Shown one piece after another: positions 18,605-27,204 of a stretch of 45,353 nucleotides of DNA. The DNA is from an uncultured bacterium. GTDB taxonomy: Bacteria; Ratteibacteria; UBA8468; B48-G9; JAFGKM01. Position 1 is the stretch's first letter. Each line of letters begins with the position of its first letter. Position numbers and translations under genes: made by a program. The notes beneath the pieces were generated by a model that worked only from the letters and a program-made list of their open reading frames with translations, was not told the origin of the DNA and did no database searches. The DNA lies in the NCBI GenBank assembly GCA_964421645.1, contig CAYQXZ010000002.1:1-45353 (forward strand), read 5' to 3'.

Positions 18605-19369
18605 ATGGAAGCAAAAGATTTCAGGATAGCAGGCATCACCCGGCTGACCGGACAATTATACAGTATGAAGCTTGAAGGCTCGTTTGCCAGGCCGCCGGTG
18701 CCCGGGCAGTTCATCCATATCAAGGTAGACAACCTGTTTCTGAGAAGGCCGTTTTCCATCGCCAGCCATAAAGATAACATCTTCACAATCCTCTTCAAGG
18801 TCGTCGGGGAAGGAACGAACCTGTTAAGCAGAGCGAAAGAAGGCGACAAGTTCAATGTGATAGGTCCTCTCGGAAAGGGATTCCAGGTTAAGAAAGAATG
18901 GAAAAACGCCTTTCTTGCCGGAGGCGGCACGGGGATCGCCCCTCTTGTTTTCCTGACGGAGACCCTGCTGAAGAACGGCGTGAGCGTTGCCTTCTTCTAC
19001 GGAGCAAGAAACAGGGAGGAAATAGCCTTTGACGTTCTGCCGTTCGGCGTCAACTGCATCTTCACCACGGAGGACGGAAGTTACGGGCAGAAGGGACTTC
19101 TCAATGCGGCCGTTGAAACCTGCATAAAGAAAGACGGCAAACCGGACGTGCTCTTCAGCGGGGGTCCTTACGGACTGCTTAAAGAAATCAACAGGTTATC
19201 GGAGAAATACGGCATACCGGCATTCGTTTCAATGGAAAACAGGATGGCCTGCGGAACCGGACTCTGCTACACGTGCGTCACGAAGATCAAGACCGACACA
19301 GGATGGGAATATAAGAGGGTCTGCATGGAAGGGCCTGTTTTCAATACGAACAAAATAAAATGGGAATGA
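18605..19369 (+). CDS. pyrK: Dihydroorotate dehydrogenase B electron-transfer subunit
   Basis: FAD motif RRPFSIAS, NAD-binding GGGTGIAP, 2Fe-2S cysteines CGTGLCYTC...C. Confidence 0.9.
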   Translation: MEAKDFRIAGITRLTGQLYSMKLEGSFARPPVPGQFIHIKVDNLFLRRPFSIASHKDNIFTILFKVVGEGTNLLSRAKEGDKFNVIGPLGKGFQVKKEWKNAFLAGGGTGIAPLVFLTETLLKNGVSVAFFYGARNREEIAFDVLPFGVNCIFTTEDGSYGQKGLLNAAVETCIKKDGKPDVLFSGGPYGLLKEINRLSEKYGIPAFVSMENRMACGTGLCYTCVTKIKTDTGWEYKRVCMEGPVFNTNKIKWE

Positions 19370-20313
19370 ACAGGCTGGAAGTGCGAATCGGGGGACTGCG
19401 CATGGAGTCCCCCATAGTCATGGTGAGCGGCGTCTTCGGCTACGGGGAGGTCGGCCTTGATTATGTCAATTACGGGAAGCTGGGCGCGATAGTCACAAAG
19501 ACCCTGTCACTGGAGCCTCGCAAGGGAAATTCCCAGCCCAGGGTGTGGGAGACCGCGTCGGGCATGATAAACTCCGTCGGACTTCAGAATCCCGGCGTGA
19601 GAGATTTCATACAAGACAAGATGCCTGCAATAAGAACGCACGGGGCGAAGATAATCATAAGCATCATGGGTAAGAACCTGAATGAAATCTCGGAGGTTAC
19701 CGGAATCCTGATGGAGGAGAAAGACCGCTTTGACGCGATAGAACTCAACCTTTCGTGTCCCAACGTTGACAGGGACAAGCCCATGGTTTCGCAGTCCCCG
19801 GAGATGACAGGAATATTTGTGGAGACAGCGAAGAAGTTATGCGGTAAAGTCCCGCTGATAGCAAAACTGTCGCCGAGCGTCACGGATATAACCGCCATAG
19901 CCGCTGCGGCGGAACAGGCCGGGGCAGACGGTTTGAGCATGATAAACACCGTCAGGGCGCTGGCAGTGGACACGGCCGGCATGCGCATAATAGAAGGCGG
20001 ACTGTCGGGACCCCCGATAAAACCCATAGGATTACGGGCGGTCTATGACGTTTACAGAAAATCCCGCATACCGATCATAGGGATAGGCGGGATAACTACC
20101 GGAAGGGACGCTCTGGAATACATGCTGGCTGGAGCAACCGCCGTGGGCGCAGGAAGCGGCTTTTTTTCCAACCCGGCGCTGATGGATGAGATATACGATA
20201 CACTGAATGATTTCCTGGCAAAGAACGGAAAGAGCCTTGCCGATATCACAGGTTCACTAAATGAAAAAGAACAAGGAAAAGGAACAGGGAACAGTACGGA
20301 AGCAAGGGTTTAG
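19360..20313 (+). CDS. pyrD: Dihydroorotate dehydrogenase B catalytic subunit
   Basis: Class 1 DHODH motifs (GMINSVGLQNPG, ELNLSCPN, IGIGGI). Overlaps the pyrK stop. Confidence 0.92.
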   Translation: MGMNRLEVRIGGLRMESPIVMVSGVFGYGEVGLDYVNYGKLGAIVTKTLSLEPRKGNSQPRVWETASGMINSVGLQNPGVRDFIQDKMPAIRTHGAKIIISIMGKNLNEISEVTGILMEEKDRFDAIELNLSCPNVDRDKPMVSQSPEMTGIFVETAKKLCGKVPLIAKLSPSVTDITAIAAAAEQAGADGLSMINTVRALAVDTAGMRIIEGGLSGPPIKPIGLRAVYDVYRKSRIPIIGIGGITTGRDALEYMLAGATAVGAGSGFFSNPALMDEIYDTLNDFLAKNGKSLADITGSLNEKEQGKGTGNSTEARV

Positions 20314-22132
20314 CGCCGGGAGAATATTTGTTGTTTCCAGCATATTCGTTTTCCTTTTCTTCAGGTTCTTTGTGGACGGGATGAGCTATCCGGGATTCAA
20401 TCTCTTCTGGAACGTATATTTCTTCATCCTTGTCATAGTCCAGCTAACTGCCGACCGGCTGAAAAGTTCCTACGGCAGGGAGGAAACGCTCCTACTCCTT
20501 TTCTTTCTTTTCTCCGCAATATCCACGGGACTTGCGCACATAAAAGGCACGGGCATCATCTCCAACGCCCAGATACTTGCCTACTGGTGTATCTTCATCC
20601 TTATAGCACGGAATTTCACGGAAAAAGACAGGAAGGTTGTCTTTCACATCATTCTCTTCACCGGATTGTTAATAGTTCTGTACGGTTTATACCAGCACTT
20701 CTGGGGGCTTGAGGAAACGAAACAATACGTATATGCCCGGCCTGAACTCTTGAGATCCATGTCCCCGACCTACATTAACAGGCTGAACAGCGACCGCATA
20801 TTTTCAACCTTCGTTTATCCCAACGTGTTTGCCTCTTTCCTGCTTTTTCTGATCCCCATATCCTTTTTCCCCCTTCTTTCAGGGGACAGGCTTCAGCTCA
20901 AAGTACTGTGCGGCGCTGTGTTCTTACTCTCTCTTTATAACCTTTACCTCACAGGTTCTGAAGGTGGTTTTTTTATATTTCTCTTCGTGGCACAGGTAAT
21001 GCTTTCATCCCTCGTTATGGGAAACTCAAAGAGGTTCCGAACCGTGCTTTCCTGCCTCATCATTTTTGAAGTCCTGTTGCTGCTGGCTGGATACCATGTG
21101 GGAAAACTGCCCAAGATGAGCTCTTTTGCGGACAGGATAACCTACTGGAAATCCTCCATGGGCGTTTTCAGCGAAAACCCGGTAACGGGTGTGGGGCCTG
21201 AAAATTACCGGTATCACTACCCGAAGTTCAAGCCGCCGGGAGGAATGGAGGCAAAACACCCACACTCCATATTTTTTGCCACGCTGTCCGAAACAGGCAT
21301 GGCAGGCACAATTTTCCTGTTTGGATTCCTGATCACCGTGTCCACCGGGCTGTTCGGGATTTCAGGGACATCGCCGTTTTTCCGGGGGCTCGCATTCTCA
21401 TTCCTTGCCTTCCTGCTGCACAACCTTGTTGATTTCAATTTTATAAATCCTTCGGTGGCGGTGTTGTTTTTCGTCTCCGCGGGGCTGGGAGCGGAAAACG
21501 CAAAGAACAGTACTCCTAACCCCACTCCTCTCCCCCAGTCGGCAAGGAAACAAAAAGGTACTTTACCCGTCTCGCCGGTTTTGACAAGATGGCTCAATTG
21601 CCTTATCATGATTGCAGTTCTTTTCACGGTAACAGGATACTTGAGATACGTCTCTTCAGAGAGAAATCTCTCTAACGCGCAGAGAGAAAAGAATATAAAC
21701 AATAGCCTTTATTACATTGAAAAGGCCATACGCCTGTATCCGGATAATTTTGAGGTGTATATCGCAAAAGGAGATATCTTCTACAATCTGTTTTCAGTAA
21801 CCAGAGAACCGTCCTACAGGAAAACGGCAGAAGATTCCTATAGATGTGCGCTGCTGTTGAATCCCCGTTCCACCTCGGTTTACAGGAAACTTGCTTTTCT
21901 CTATGAAGATTCTGGACGGATGAAATCGGCCGAACTCATGTACCTGGGCATGCTGGAGACGTACCCCAACAAAAAACAGTATAATATGGAAGCCGCGCTT
22001 TTCTACAAGAAAATCGGAGACGAAAAGAACTTCAGACGTTATTACGAGATAAGCGAAGGACTTCCTGGAGTCTCAGAAGAAGAAGGAAAACTCGTGGAAG
22101 AATACAGAAAATGGATAGAATCGCAGAAGTAG
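20261..22132 (+). CDS. O-antigen ligase (Wzy_C)-like polytopic membrane protein with C-terminal TPR repeats
   Basis: Many TM helices. Wzy_C-type periplasmic loop (NPVTGVGPENYRYHY...HPHSIFFATLSETGMAG). TPR-like C-terminus. 53-nt overlap with pyrD. Confidence 0.75.
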   Translation: MKKNKEKEQGTVRKQGFSAGRIFVVSSIFVFLFFRFFVDGMSYPGFNLFWNVYFFILVIVQLTADRLKSSYGREETLLLLFFLFSAISTGLAHIKGTGIISNAQILAYWCIFILIARNFTEKDRKVVFHIILFTGLLIVLYGLYQHFWGLEETKQYVYARPELLRSMSPTYINRLNSDRIFSTFVYPNVFASFLLFLIPISFFPLLSGDRLQLKVLCGAVFLLSLYNLYLTGSEGGFFIFLFVAQVMLSSLVMGNSKRFRTVLSCLIIFEVLLLLAGYHVGKLPKMSSFADRITYWKSSMGVFSENPVTGVGPENYRYHYPKFKPPGGMEAKHPHSIFFATLSETGMAGTIFLFGFLITVSTGLFGISGTSPFFRGLAFSFLAFLLHNLVDFNFINPSVAVLFFVSAGLGAENAKNSTPNPTPLPQSARKQKGTLPVSPVLTRWLNCLIMIAVLFTVTGYLRYVSSERNLSNAQREKNINNSLYYIEKAIRLYPDNFEVYIAKGDIFYNLFSVTREPSYRKTAEDSYRCALLLNPRSTSVYRKLAFLYEDSGRMKSAELMYLGMLETYPNKKQYNMEAALFYKKIGDEKNFRRYYEISEGLPGVSEEEGKLVEEYRKWIESQK

Positions 22133-22770
22133 AGATACGCAAGACCGACAAACCCCAGCAGTTCAGGGTTCCCCAGAACGTTGAGCTGAAGAAAGGGGAC
22201 CTGTGCATCGTTGAGCTGGCGCAGGGAACCGTTGACTACGGGAAAGTTTACAAGATCAGCGAAGGGAAATCGCTGCTGACGACCCTATCAGGCAAGGTGG
22301 TAAGAAAACTCACCGAAAGAGACATTGAGATTATAAAGGAAAACCGGCGAAGGAAAACCGAGTGCCTTGCCATCTGCAAGGAGAAGATTACCGCTTACAA
22401 GCTCAACATGAAGCTGGTTGACGCCGAGTATTCGTTTGACAAGACGAGAATAACGTTTTACTACTGGGCCGAAGAGAGGATTGACTTCCGCAATCTGGTG
22501 AAGGAACTTGCCAAGATTTTCAACTGCCGCATTGAAATGCGGCAGATAGGGCTGCGGGACGAGGCCAAAATAAAGGGCGGTTACGGCGTCTGCGGATGCC
22601 CGCTGTGCTGCTCGCAGTTTCTGAAGAAGTTTGACTCGGTGACGATGCGCATGGTGAAGAACCAGAAACTGCCCCTTGACATCAATAAAATCACGGGACA
22701 GTGCGGAAGACTCCTCTGCTGTCTCGGCTATGAAGACGACATGTACAAGAAGGAAAAAACGATAAAATGA
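22111..22770 (+). CDS. PSP1-domain protein (YaaT/RicT-like)
   Basis: PSP1 C-terminal pattern (RITFYYWAEERIDFRNLVKELAKIFNCRIEMRQIG...CCLGYE). Confidence 0.8.
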   Translation: MDRIAEVEIRKTDKPQQFRVPQNVELKKGDLCIVELAQGTVDYGKVYKISEGKSLLTTLSGKVVRKLTERDIEIIKENRRRKTECLAICKEKITAYKLNMKLVDAEYSFDKTRITFYYWAEERIDFRNLVKELAKIFNCRIEMRQIGLRDEAKIKGGYGVCGCPLCCSQFLKKFDSVTMRMVKNQKLPLDINKITGQCGRLLCCLGYEDDMYKKEKTIK

Positions 22771-24254
22771 AGTTCTACGTAACGACGCCCCTTTATTACA
22801 TAAATGCCGAACCGCACATAGGGCATACCTACACCACCATTGCGGCCGACACGCTCGCAAGATTCTACAGGATGTCCGGCGCAGACGTCTTCTTCCTCAC
22901 GGGCACTGACGAACACGGGCAGAAAATAGCCGAGGCGGCGAAGAAACAGGGCACAACTCCGGCAGAGCTTGCCGACAAAAACTCCGGGATATACAGAAGG
23001 CTGTGGAAGGACATGGACATCTCCTATACCAGATTTATAAGAACGACCGAACAAATTCATACGGAGATGGTGCAGAAGGTTTTTGGCAAATTGCTGGAAA
23101 ATGGCGACCTGTACAGGGGCGAGTATTCCGGCTTCTACTGCGTGCCCTGCGAAAGCTACCTGGTGCCCGAAGACGAGAGCAATCCGCTGTGCCCGGACTG
23201 CGGCAGGCCCATGAGCAGGATCTCCGAGCCGTCCTATTTCTTCCGCATATCCAAATACGCGGACAGGCTTCAGAAATACATAGAAACGCACGATTTCGTG
23301 AAGCCTGATTTCAGGAAGAATGAAGTTCTGAACTTCATTAAGAGCGGGCTGAATGACGTGAGCATAACCAGGAAAAACGTTGAGTGGGGCATTGCCTCCC
23401 CGACACCGGAAAAATATACGGTGTACGTATGGTTTGACGCCCTGCTGAATTATTTGAGCGGGGTGGGATACCTCCATGACGAAAACCAGTTCAACACCTA
23501 CTGGCCTGCAGACGTCCAGCTTATAGGCAAGGACATCATACGATTTCACGACGTGATATGGCCCGGTATACTCATGGCGCTGGATCTCCCTCTCCCGGAG
23601 AAGATATTCGCACACGGCTGGTGGATATCCGGGAAAGACAAGATCTCAAAGTCAAAGGGTAATGCGGTATCCCCGCAGAAGCTTATCGCTGAATACGGCA
23701 TTGATGCATTCAGGTTTTTCGTGTTAAGAGAGATTCCTTTCGGGATGGACGGGGAATACTCCGATGAGACCTTCAAGAAAAGATACAACAGCGACCTGGT
23801 TAATGACCTCGGCAACCTCGTCAACCGCACGGTAAACCTTGTGGAGACAAAGCTGTCCGGTACGGTAAATTCCGCGCCGCTTGAAGGTCAGCTGGCCGAA
23901 TTGACCGGTTCCGTGCAGAAGAACTGTTCTGAGAAGATCCGGAGCCTGGCTTTCTCGGAAGCACTGGAAGAAATCTGGAGCCTGGTCTCCTTCCTGAACA
24001 AGTACCTTGACGAGAAAGCGCCGTGGCGCGAAGGATGCGGTGACGTCAACGGAGTGCTTCATAACGTCGTTCACGGAATCAGGGATGCCGCGTTGATGCT
24101 GGCGCCCTTTATTCCTTCAACTTCCTTGAAAATCTGGAATATCCTGGGGCTGGAAGGCAACCCGTGTGAGAAGAGCCTTGCCTCTGCCGGCGAAAAACTC
24201 CCGGACCGGCTAAAAACGAACAAGAGAGAAATACTTTTCCCGAGGAAAAAATGA
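22767..24254 (+). CDS. metG: Methionyl-tRNA synthetase
   Basis: HIGH (PHIGHTYT), KMSKS (KISKSKG), zinc knuckles CVPC...CPDC. Confidence 0.95.
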   Translation: MKFYVTTPLYYINAEPHIGHTYTTIAADTLARFYRMSGADVFFLTGTDEHGQKIAEAAKKQGTTPAELADKNSGIYRRLWKDMDISYTRFIRTTEQIHTEMVQKVFGKLLENGDLYRGEYSGFYCVPCESYLVPEDESNPLCPDCGRPMSRISEPSYFFRISKYADRLQKYIETHDFVKPDFRKNEVLNFIKSGLNDVSITRKNVEWGIASPTPEKYTVYVWFDALLNYLSGVGYLHDENQFNTYWPADVQLIGKDIIRFHDVIWPGILMALDLPLPEKIFAHGWWISGKDKISKSKGNAVSPQKLIAEYGIDAFRFFVLREIPFGMDGEYSDETFKKRYNSDLVNDLGNLVNRTVNLVETKLSGTVNSAPLEGQLAELTGSVQKNCSEKIRSLAFSEALEEIWSLVSFLNKYLDEKAPWREGCGDVNGVLHNVVHGIRDAALMLAPFIPSTSLKIWNILGLEGNPCEKSLASAGEKLPDRLKTNKREILFPRKK

Positions 24255-24964
24255 AACCCATATATAAAAGATTCATCCTGAAACTGTCAGGAGAAGCGTT
24301 GCAGGGAAAGAGCGGTTTCGGCATCAACTCCGATGCGCTCATCTCAATCGCAAAGGAGATAAAGGAAGTCAGGAAAATGGGATGCGAGATAGGGATCGTG
24401 CTTGGAGGCGGCAACATATACAGGGGGTCGTCGCGGGACAAGAAAATCATTGATCCTGTTACCGCCGATTACATGGGGATGCTCGCAACGGTCATGAACG
24501 GGCTGGCTCTCCAGAACGCCCTGGAAAAGGAAGGGCTGGACACGCGTGTGCAGAGCGCTTTTGACATGAAACAATTTTGCGAGATGTACATAAGAAGAAG
24601 GGCGATAAGGCACCTTGAGAAAAAGAGGATCGTGATTTTCGTCGGCGGCACTGGCAATCCCTACTTCACAACGGACACCGCCGCTGCTCTGAAAGCCACG
24701 GAAATCGGTGCGGAAGCCATTCTCAAGGCAACCAAGGTGGACGGGATATATTCATCAGATCCGGTGCTTGACCCCAGGGCAAAAAGGTATAATAAGCTGT
24801 CATATATTGAGGTACTGCAGAAAAGATTGAAGATAATGGACGCCTCTGCAATTTCACTGTGCATGGACAACAACATTCCCATTGTTGTCTTCAATCTCTT
24901 TGAGAAGGGCAACCTGAAGAAAATCGTTACGGGCAAAGGTACGAGAACAATCGTAAGAGGCTGA
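24251..24964 (+). CDS. pyrH: UMP kinase
   Basis: [36 protein letters not shown]. Confidence 0.95.
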   Translation: MKPIYKRFILKLSGEALQGKSGFGINSDALISIAKEIKEVRKMGCEIGIVLGGGNIYRGSSRDKKIIDPVTADYMGMLATVMNGLALQNALEKEGLDTRVQSAFDMKQFCEMYIRRRAIRHLEKKRIVIFVGGTGNPYFTTDTAAALKATEIGAEAILKATKVDGIYSSDPVLDPRAKRYNKLSYIEVLQKRLKIMDASAISLCMDNNIPIVVFNLFEKGNLKKIVTGKGTRTIVRG

Positions 24965-25036
24965 AAAACAAAATCATGAGCCCCTCACAAGAAAGCTCAG
25001 AATGTGAGGGTTCGGGGTAAAGGGGGATAAACAACC

Positions 25037-25594
25037 ATGAAAGCAAAGATATTCGGTGAAGCGCAAAAGAAGATGGAAGGTATCATCAGTTTTTTCAAGA
25101 AGGAGGTCGCCGGTTTGAGAGCCGGGAGAGCGTCTCTCTCGCTTCTTGAGGGAATAACCGTGGAATACTACGGCTCCAGGATGCCTGTGAACCAGATTGC
25201 CACCATCACCATACCCCAGCCCCAGCTGATTGTGATTCAGCCCTGGGACAAGAACGTTCTCAACGACATAACAAAAGCCATCCAGAGCAGTAACCTGGGC
25301 CTGAATCCCATATCAGACGCCACCGTGATAAAGATTCCCATCCCACCGATAAGCGAGGAAAGAAGGCAGGAGCTCGTAAAGATACTGCACAAGATGGGCG
25401 AGGAAGCCAAGGTGGAAATCAGGGAAATCAGAAGAAAGGCCAATGAAGACCTGAAGAAAGGCGAGAAGGACAAGACCATCTCCGAAGACGACATGTACAA
25501 GGGTATAGACGAAGTGCAGGATATAACGGATAAATCCATAAAAGAGGTAGACAAGGAGATAGAGGAAAAGTCCAAAGAGATCATGGAAAGCTGA
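25037..25594 (+). CDS. frr: Ribosome recycling factor
   Basis: 185 aa with typical RRF sequence (GRASLSLLEGITVEYYGS...IQPWDK...PIPPISEERR). Confidence 0.95.
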   Translation: MKAKIFGEAQKKMEGIISFFKKEVAGLRAGRASLSLLEGITVEYYGSRMPVNQIATITIPQPQLIVIQPWDKNVLNDITKAIQSSNLGLNPISDATVIKIPIPPISEERRQELVKILHKMGEEAKVEIREIRRKANEDLKKGEKDKTISEDDMYKGIDEVQDITDKSIKEVDKEIEEKSKEIMES

Positions 25595-26271
25595 TGAAGA
25601 AATTCGTCGTAGCCATAGATGGTCCCGCCGGCTCCGGCAAGAGCACCGTGGCAAAGCTCATCGCGGCAAAACTCGGTTTTCTCTACGTTGATACGGGCGC
25701 CATGTACCGGGCGCTCACCCTGAAGGCGCTGAAAGAAAAAGTTCCCTTTGAAGACGCAAAGAAGATGATTGAGATGGCGCGGTCCGCAAGGATAGAACTG
25801 CGCCCGGAGAACGGGAAATACAGGGTTTTTCTGGACGGCGAAGACGTAAGCGACGGGATAAGAACCGAGGAAGTGAGCAAGAACAGCCATTATGCAGCTT
25901 CAATACTCCCCATCCGCGAGATTCTGTGGAAAATGCAGAGGCAGTACAGGGAAAAACATGCCATCGTGATGGAAGGACGGGACATAGGAAGCAAGGTGTT
26001 CCCGGATGCACAGTTAAAGTTATTTCTTGACGCTACCGTGAAGGAACGGGCCAAGAGAAGGTATCTCCAGCTGAAGGAAATGGGCGTAACGGGGAATCTT
26101 GAAGAGATAGAAAAAGATATTGCCGCGAGAGACGAAAGGGACCGGCAAAGAAGTATTTCACCGCTCGTAGAGCTCCCGGACGCCACTCACATAGACACCA
26201 CAAACCTGACAATCCCCCAGGTAGTTGAAAAAATCCTCTCCCTCATGACTTCCTGCCGCACTTTTTCCTGA
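25594..26271 (+). CDS. cmk: Cytidylate kinase
   Basis: P-loop IAIDGPAGSGKSTVAK, YVDTGAMYRA, MEGRDIG. The start overlaps the frr stop (TGATG). The last 29 nt overlap the convergent NTase-like gene. Confidence 0.93.
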   Translation: MKKFVVAIDGPAGSGKSTVAKLIAAKLGFLYVDTGAMYRALTLKALKEKVPFEDAKKMIEMARSARIELRPENGKYRVFLDGEDVSDGIRTEEVSKNSHYAASILPIREILWKMQRQYREKHAIVMEGRDIGSKVFPDAQLKLFLDATVKERAKRRYLQLKEMGVTGNLEEIEKDIAARDERDRQRSISPLVELPDATHIDTTNLTIPQVVEKILSLMTSCRTFS

Positions 26272-26782
26272 AAGATTCATGCTTTTCCCTTGCGCCCTGC
26301 TTCTCAGACCATCTCTTTATGTCAGCCATGTTTATTTTGTTTCTTTTTGCTACCATGACTGCCTGGTCCAAAGATTGCCGGTCATTCCAGAAGAAATAGG
26401 CGGCAAGTCTGTCTTTCACACAATCCGTCGGAGTCAATAAACATATTGTCCCGAATCGTGTTTTCAGATGATTGAATTTTAAAACGGGTTCATCTCCTAT
26501 TGATACAGGAGGAGCCGGGAAGTCAATCAAAAATCTGCACCGGGAATTTTCAAATAGACGACCTCCGGTATTCTTGAATCCTAATTTTTTAAGGACCGGC
26601 TCTATTCTCTTGATGGGACTTGCGGTAATCAAGTCAATGTCATAAGACATATATTGATTATCTGAATACAGCGAGACACAGGCACCTCCGACAAGAACGG
26701 CCTCAATACCGTTCTTCTGCAAATGGACAGAGATAATCGCAGCAAGTTCCGTTATCCCAATTTTCTGCCAATCAACATTCAT
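26243..26782 (-). CDS. Minimal nucleotidyltransferase-fold protein (AbiEii/DUF2204-like), putative toxin/effector
   Basis: 179 aa. hGG-x13-DxD pattern VLVGGACVSLYSDNQYMSYDIDLI. Overlaps the upstream wHTH gene by 4 nt. Confidence 0.55.
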   Translation of the reverse strand: MNVDWQKIGITELAAIISVHLQKNGIEAVLVGGACVSLYSDNQYMSYDIDLITASPIKRIEPVLKKLGFKNTGGRLFENSRCRFLIDFPAPPVSIGDEPVLKFNHLKTRFGTICLLTPTDCVKDRLAAYFFWNDRQSLDQAVMVAKRNKINMADIKRWSEKQGAREKHESFRKKCGRKS

Positions 26783-27108
26783 AGGGGTTTGCCCTTTCTC
26801 CTCGGTCTTGTCCTTCTTCTATAGTATTGTTGAATCTCCCTTTCCGGCAGAAATTCCATCGCCTTATTCAGCAATGCTCTCAGTTCCTTCAAAAATGGAT
26901 ATCTCGGATTAAACTTATACAGCCTGGTTCTTCCCGTCATTAAACTGACTACAACTCCGCCGTTTTCCAGACGTCCCAGTTGCTGCTGAATACCGTTCAC
27001 CGGAATATTGAATATTTTTGACAATTCCGTAGGATACGCCTGTCCGTAAGATTCAATAGTAAACAGAATTTTTTCTATAGTGCCATTGCCCAGTAGAGAT
27101 TCTATCAT
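26779..27108 (-). CDS. Winged-helix (ArsR/MarR-like) DNA-binding protein, putative antitoxin/autorepressor
   Basis: 109 aa. HTH-wing pattern YPTELSKIFNIPVNGIQQQLGRLENGGVVVSLMTGRTRLYKFN. SD GGAGGGAGG lies before the ATG at 27108. Confidence 0.6.
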   Translation of the reverse strand: MIESLLGNGTIEKILFTIESYGQAYPTELSKIFNIPVNGIQQQLGRLENGGVVVSLMTGRTRLYKFNPRYPFLKELRALLNKAMEFLPEREIQQYYRRRTRPRRKGKPL

Positions 27109-27121
27109 GACCTCCCTCCAT

Positions 27122-27159
27122 TACCATAATTCATGGTTATATTACCATAAATAATGGTA
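27122..27159. promoter_or_regulatory. Two palindromic operator-like sites
   Basis: TACCAT-AATTC-ATGGTT (27122-27138) and TACCAT-AAATA-ATGGTA (27143-27159), centres 21 bp apart. One lies in the promoter spacer and one just downstream of the -10. Confidence 0.6.
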
Positions 27160-27167
27160 CGTGTCAA
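27139..27167 (-). promoter_or_regulatory. Near-consensus sigma70 promoter of the wHTH/NTase operon
   Basis: Minus strand: TTGACA (27162-27167), exactly 17 nt, TAATAT (27139-27144). Confidence 0.7.
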
Positions 27168-27204
27168 CACCTGTAAAATTAAAGCACGGACACAGGAAAT
27201 TCAA

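Noticed and set aside
22728-23615. 295-aa minus-strand ORF. Similar long antisense ORFs occur at 22288-22860, 25237-25890, 39029-39868, 1382-2122 and 29042-29713.
   Set aside because: All lie opposite genes with unambiguous family motifs (metG, PSP1, frr/cmk, fumarase alpha, the TPR protein, pnp). Their translations are low-complexity and Arg/Pro/Ser-rich. These are shadow ORFs.
24982-25010. 8-bp hairpin CCCTCACA / TGTGAGGG with a 13-nt loop in the pyrH-frr spacer
   Set aside because: No U-tract follows, and pyrH-frr are normally co-transcribed. A single short helix is not enough to call a terminator or regulatory RNA.
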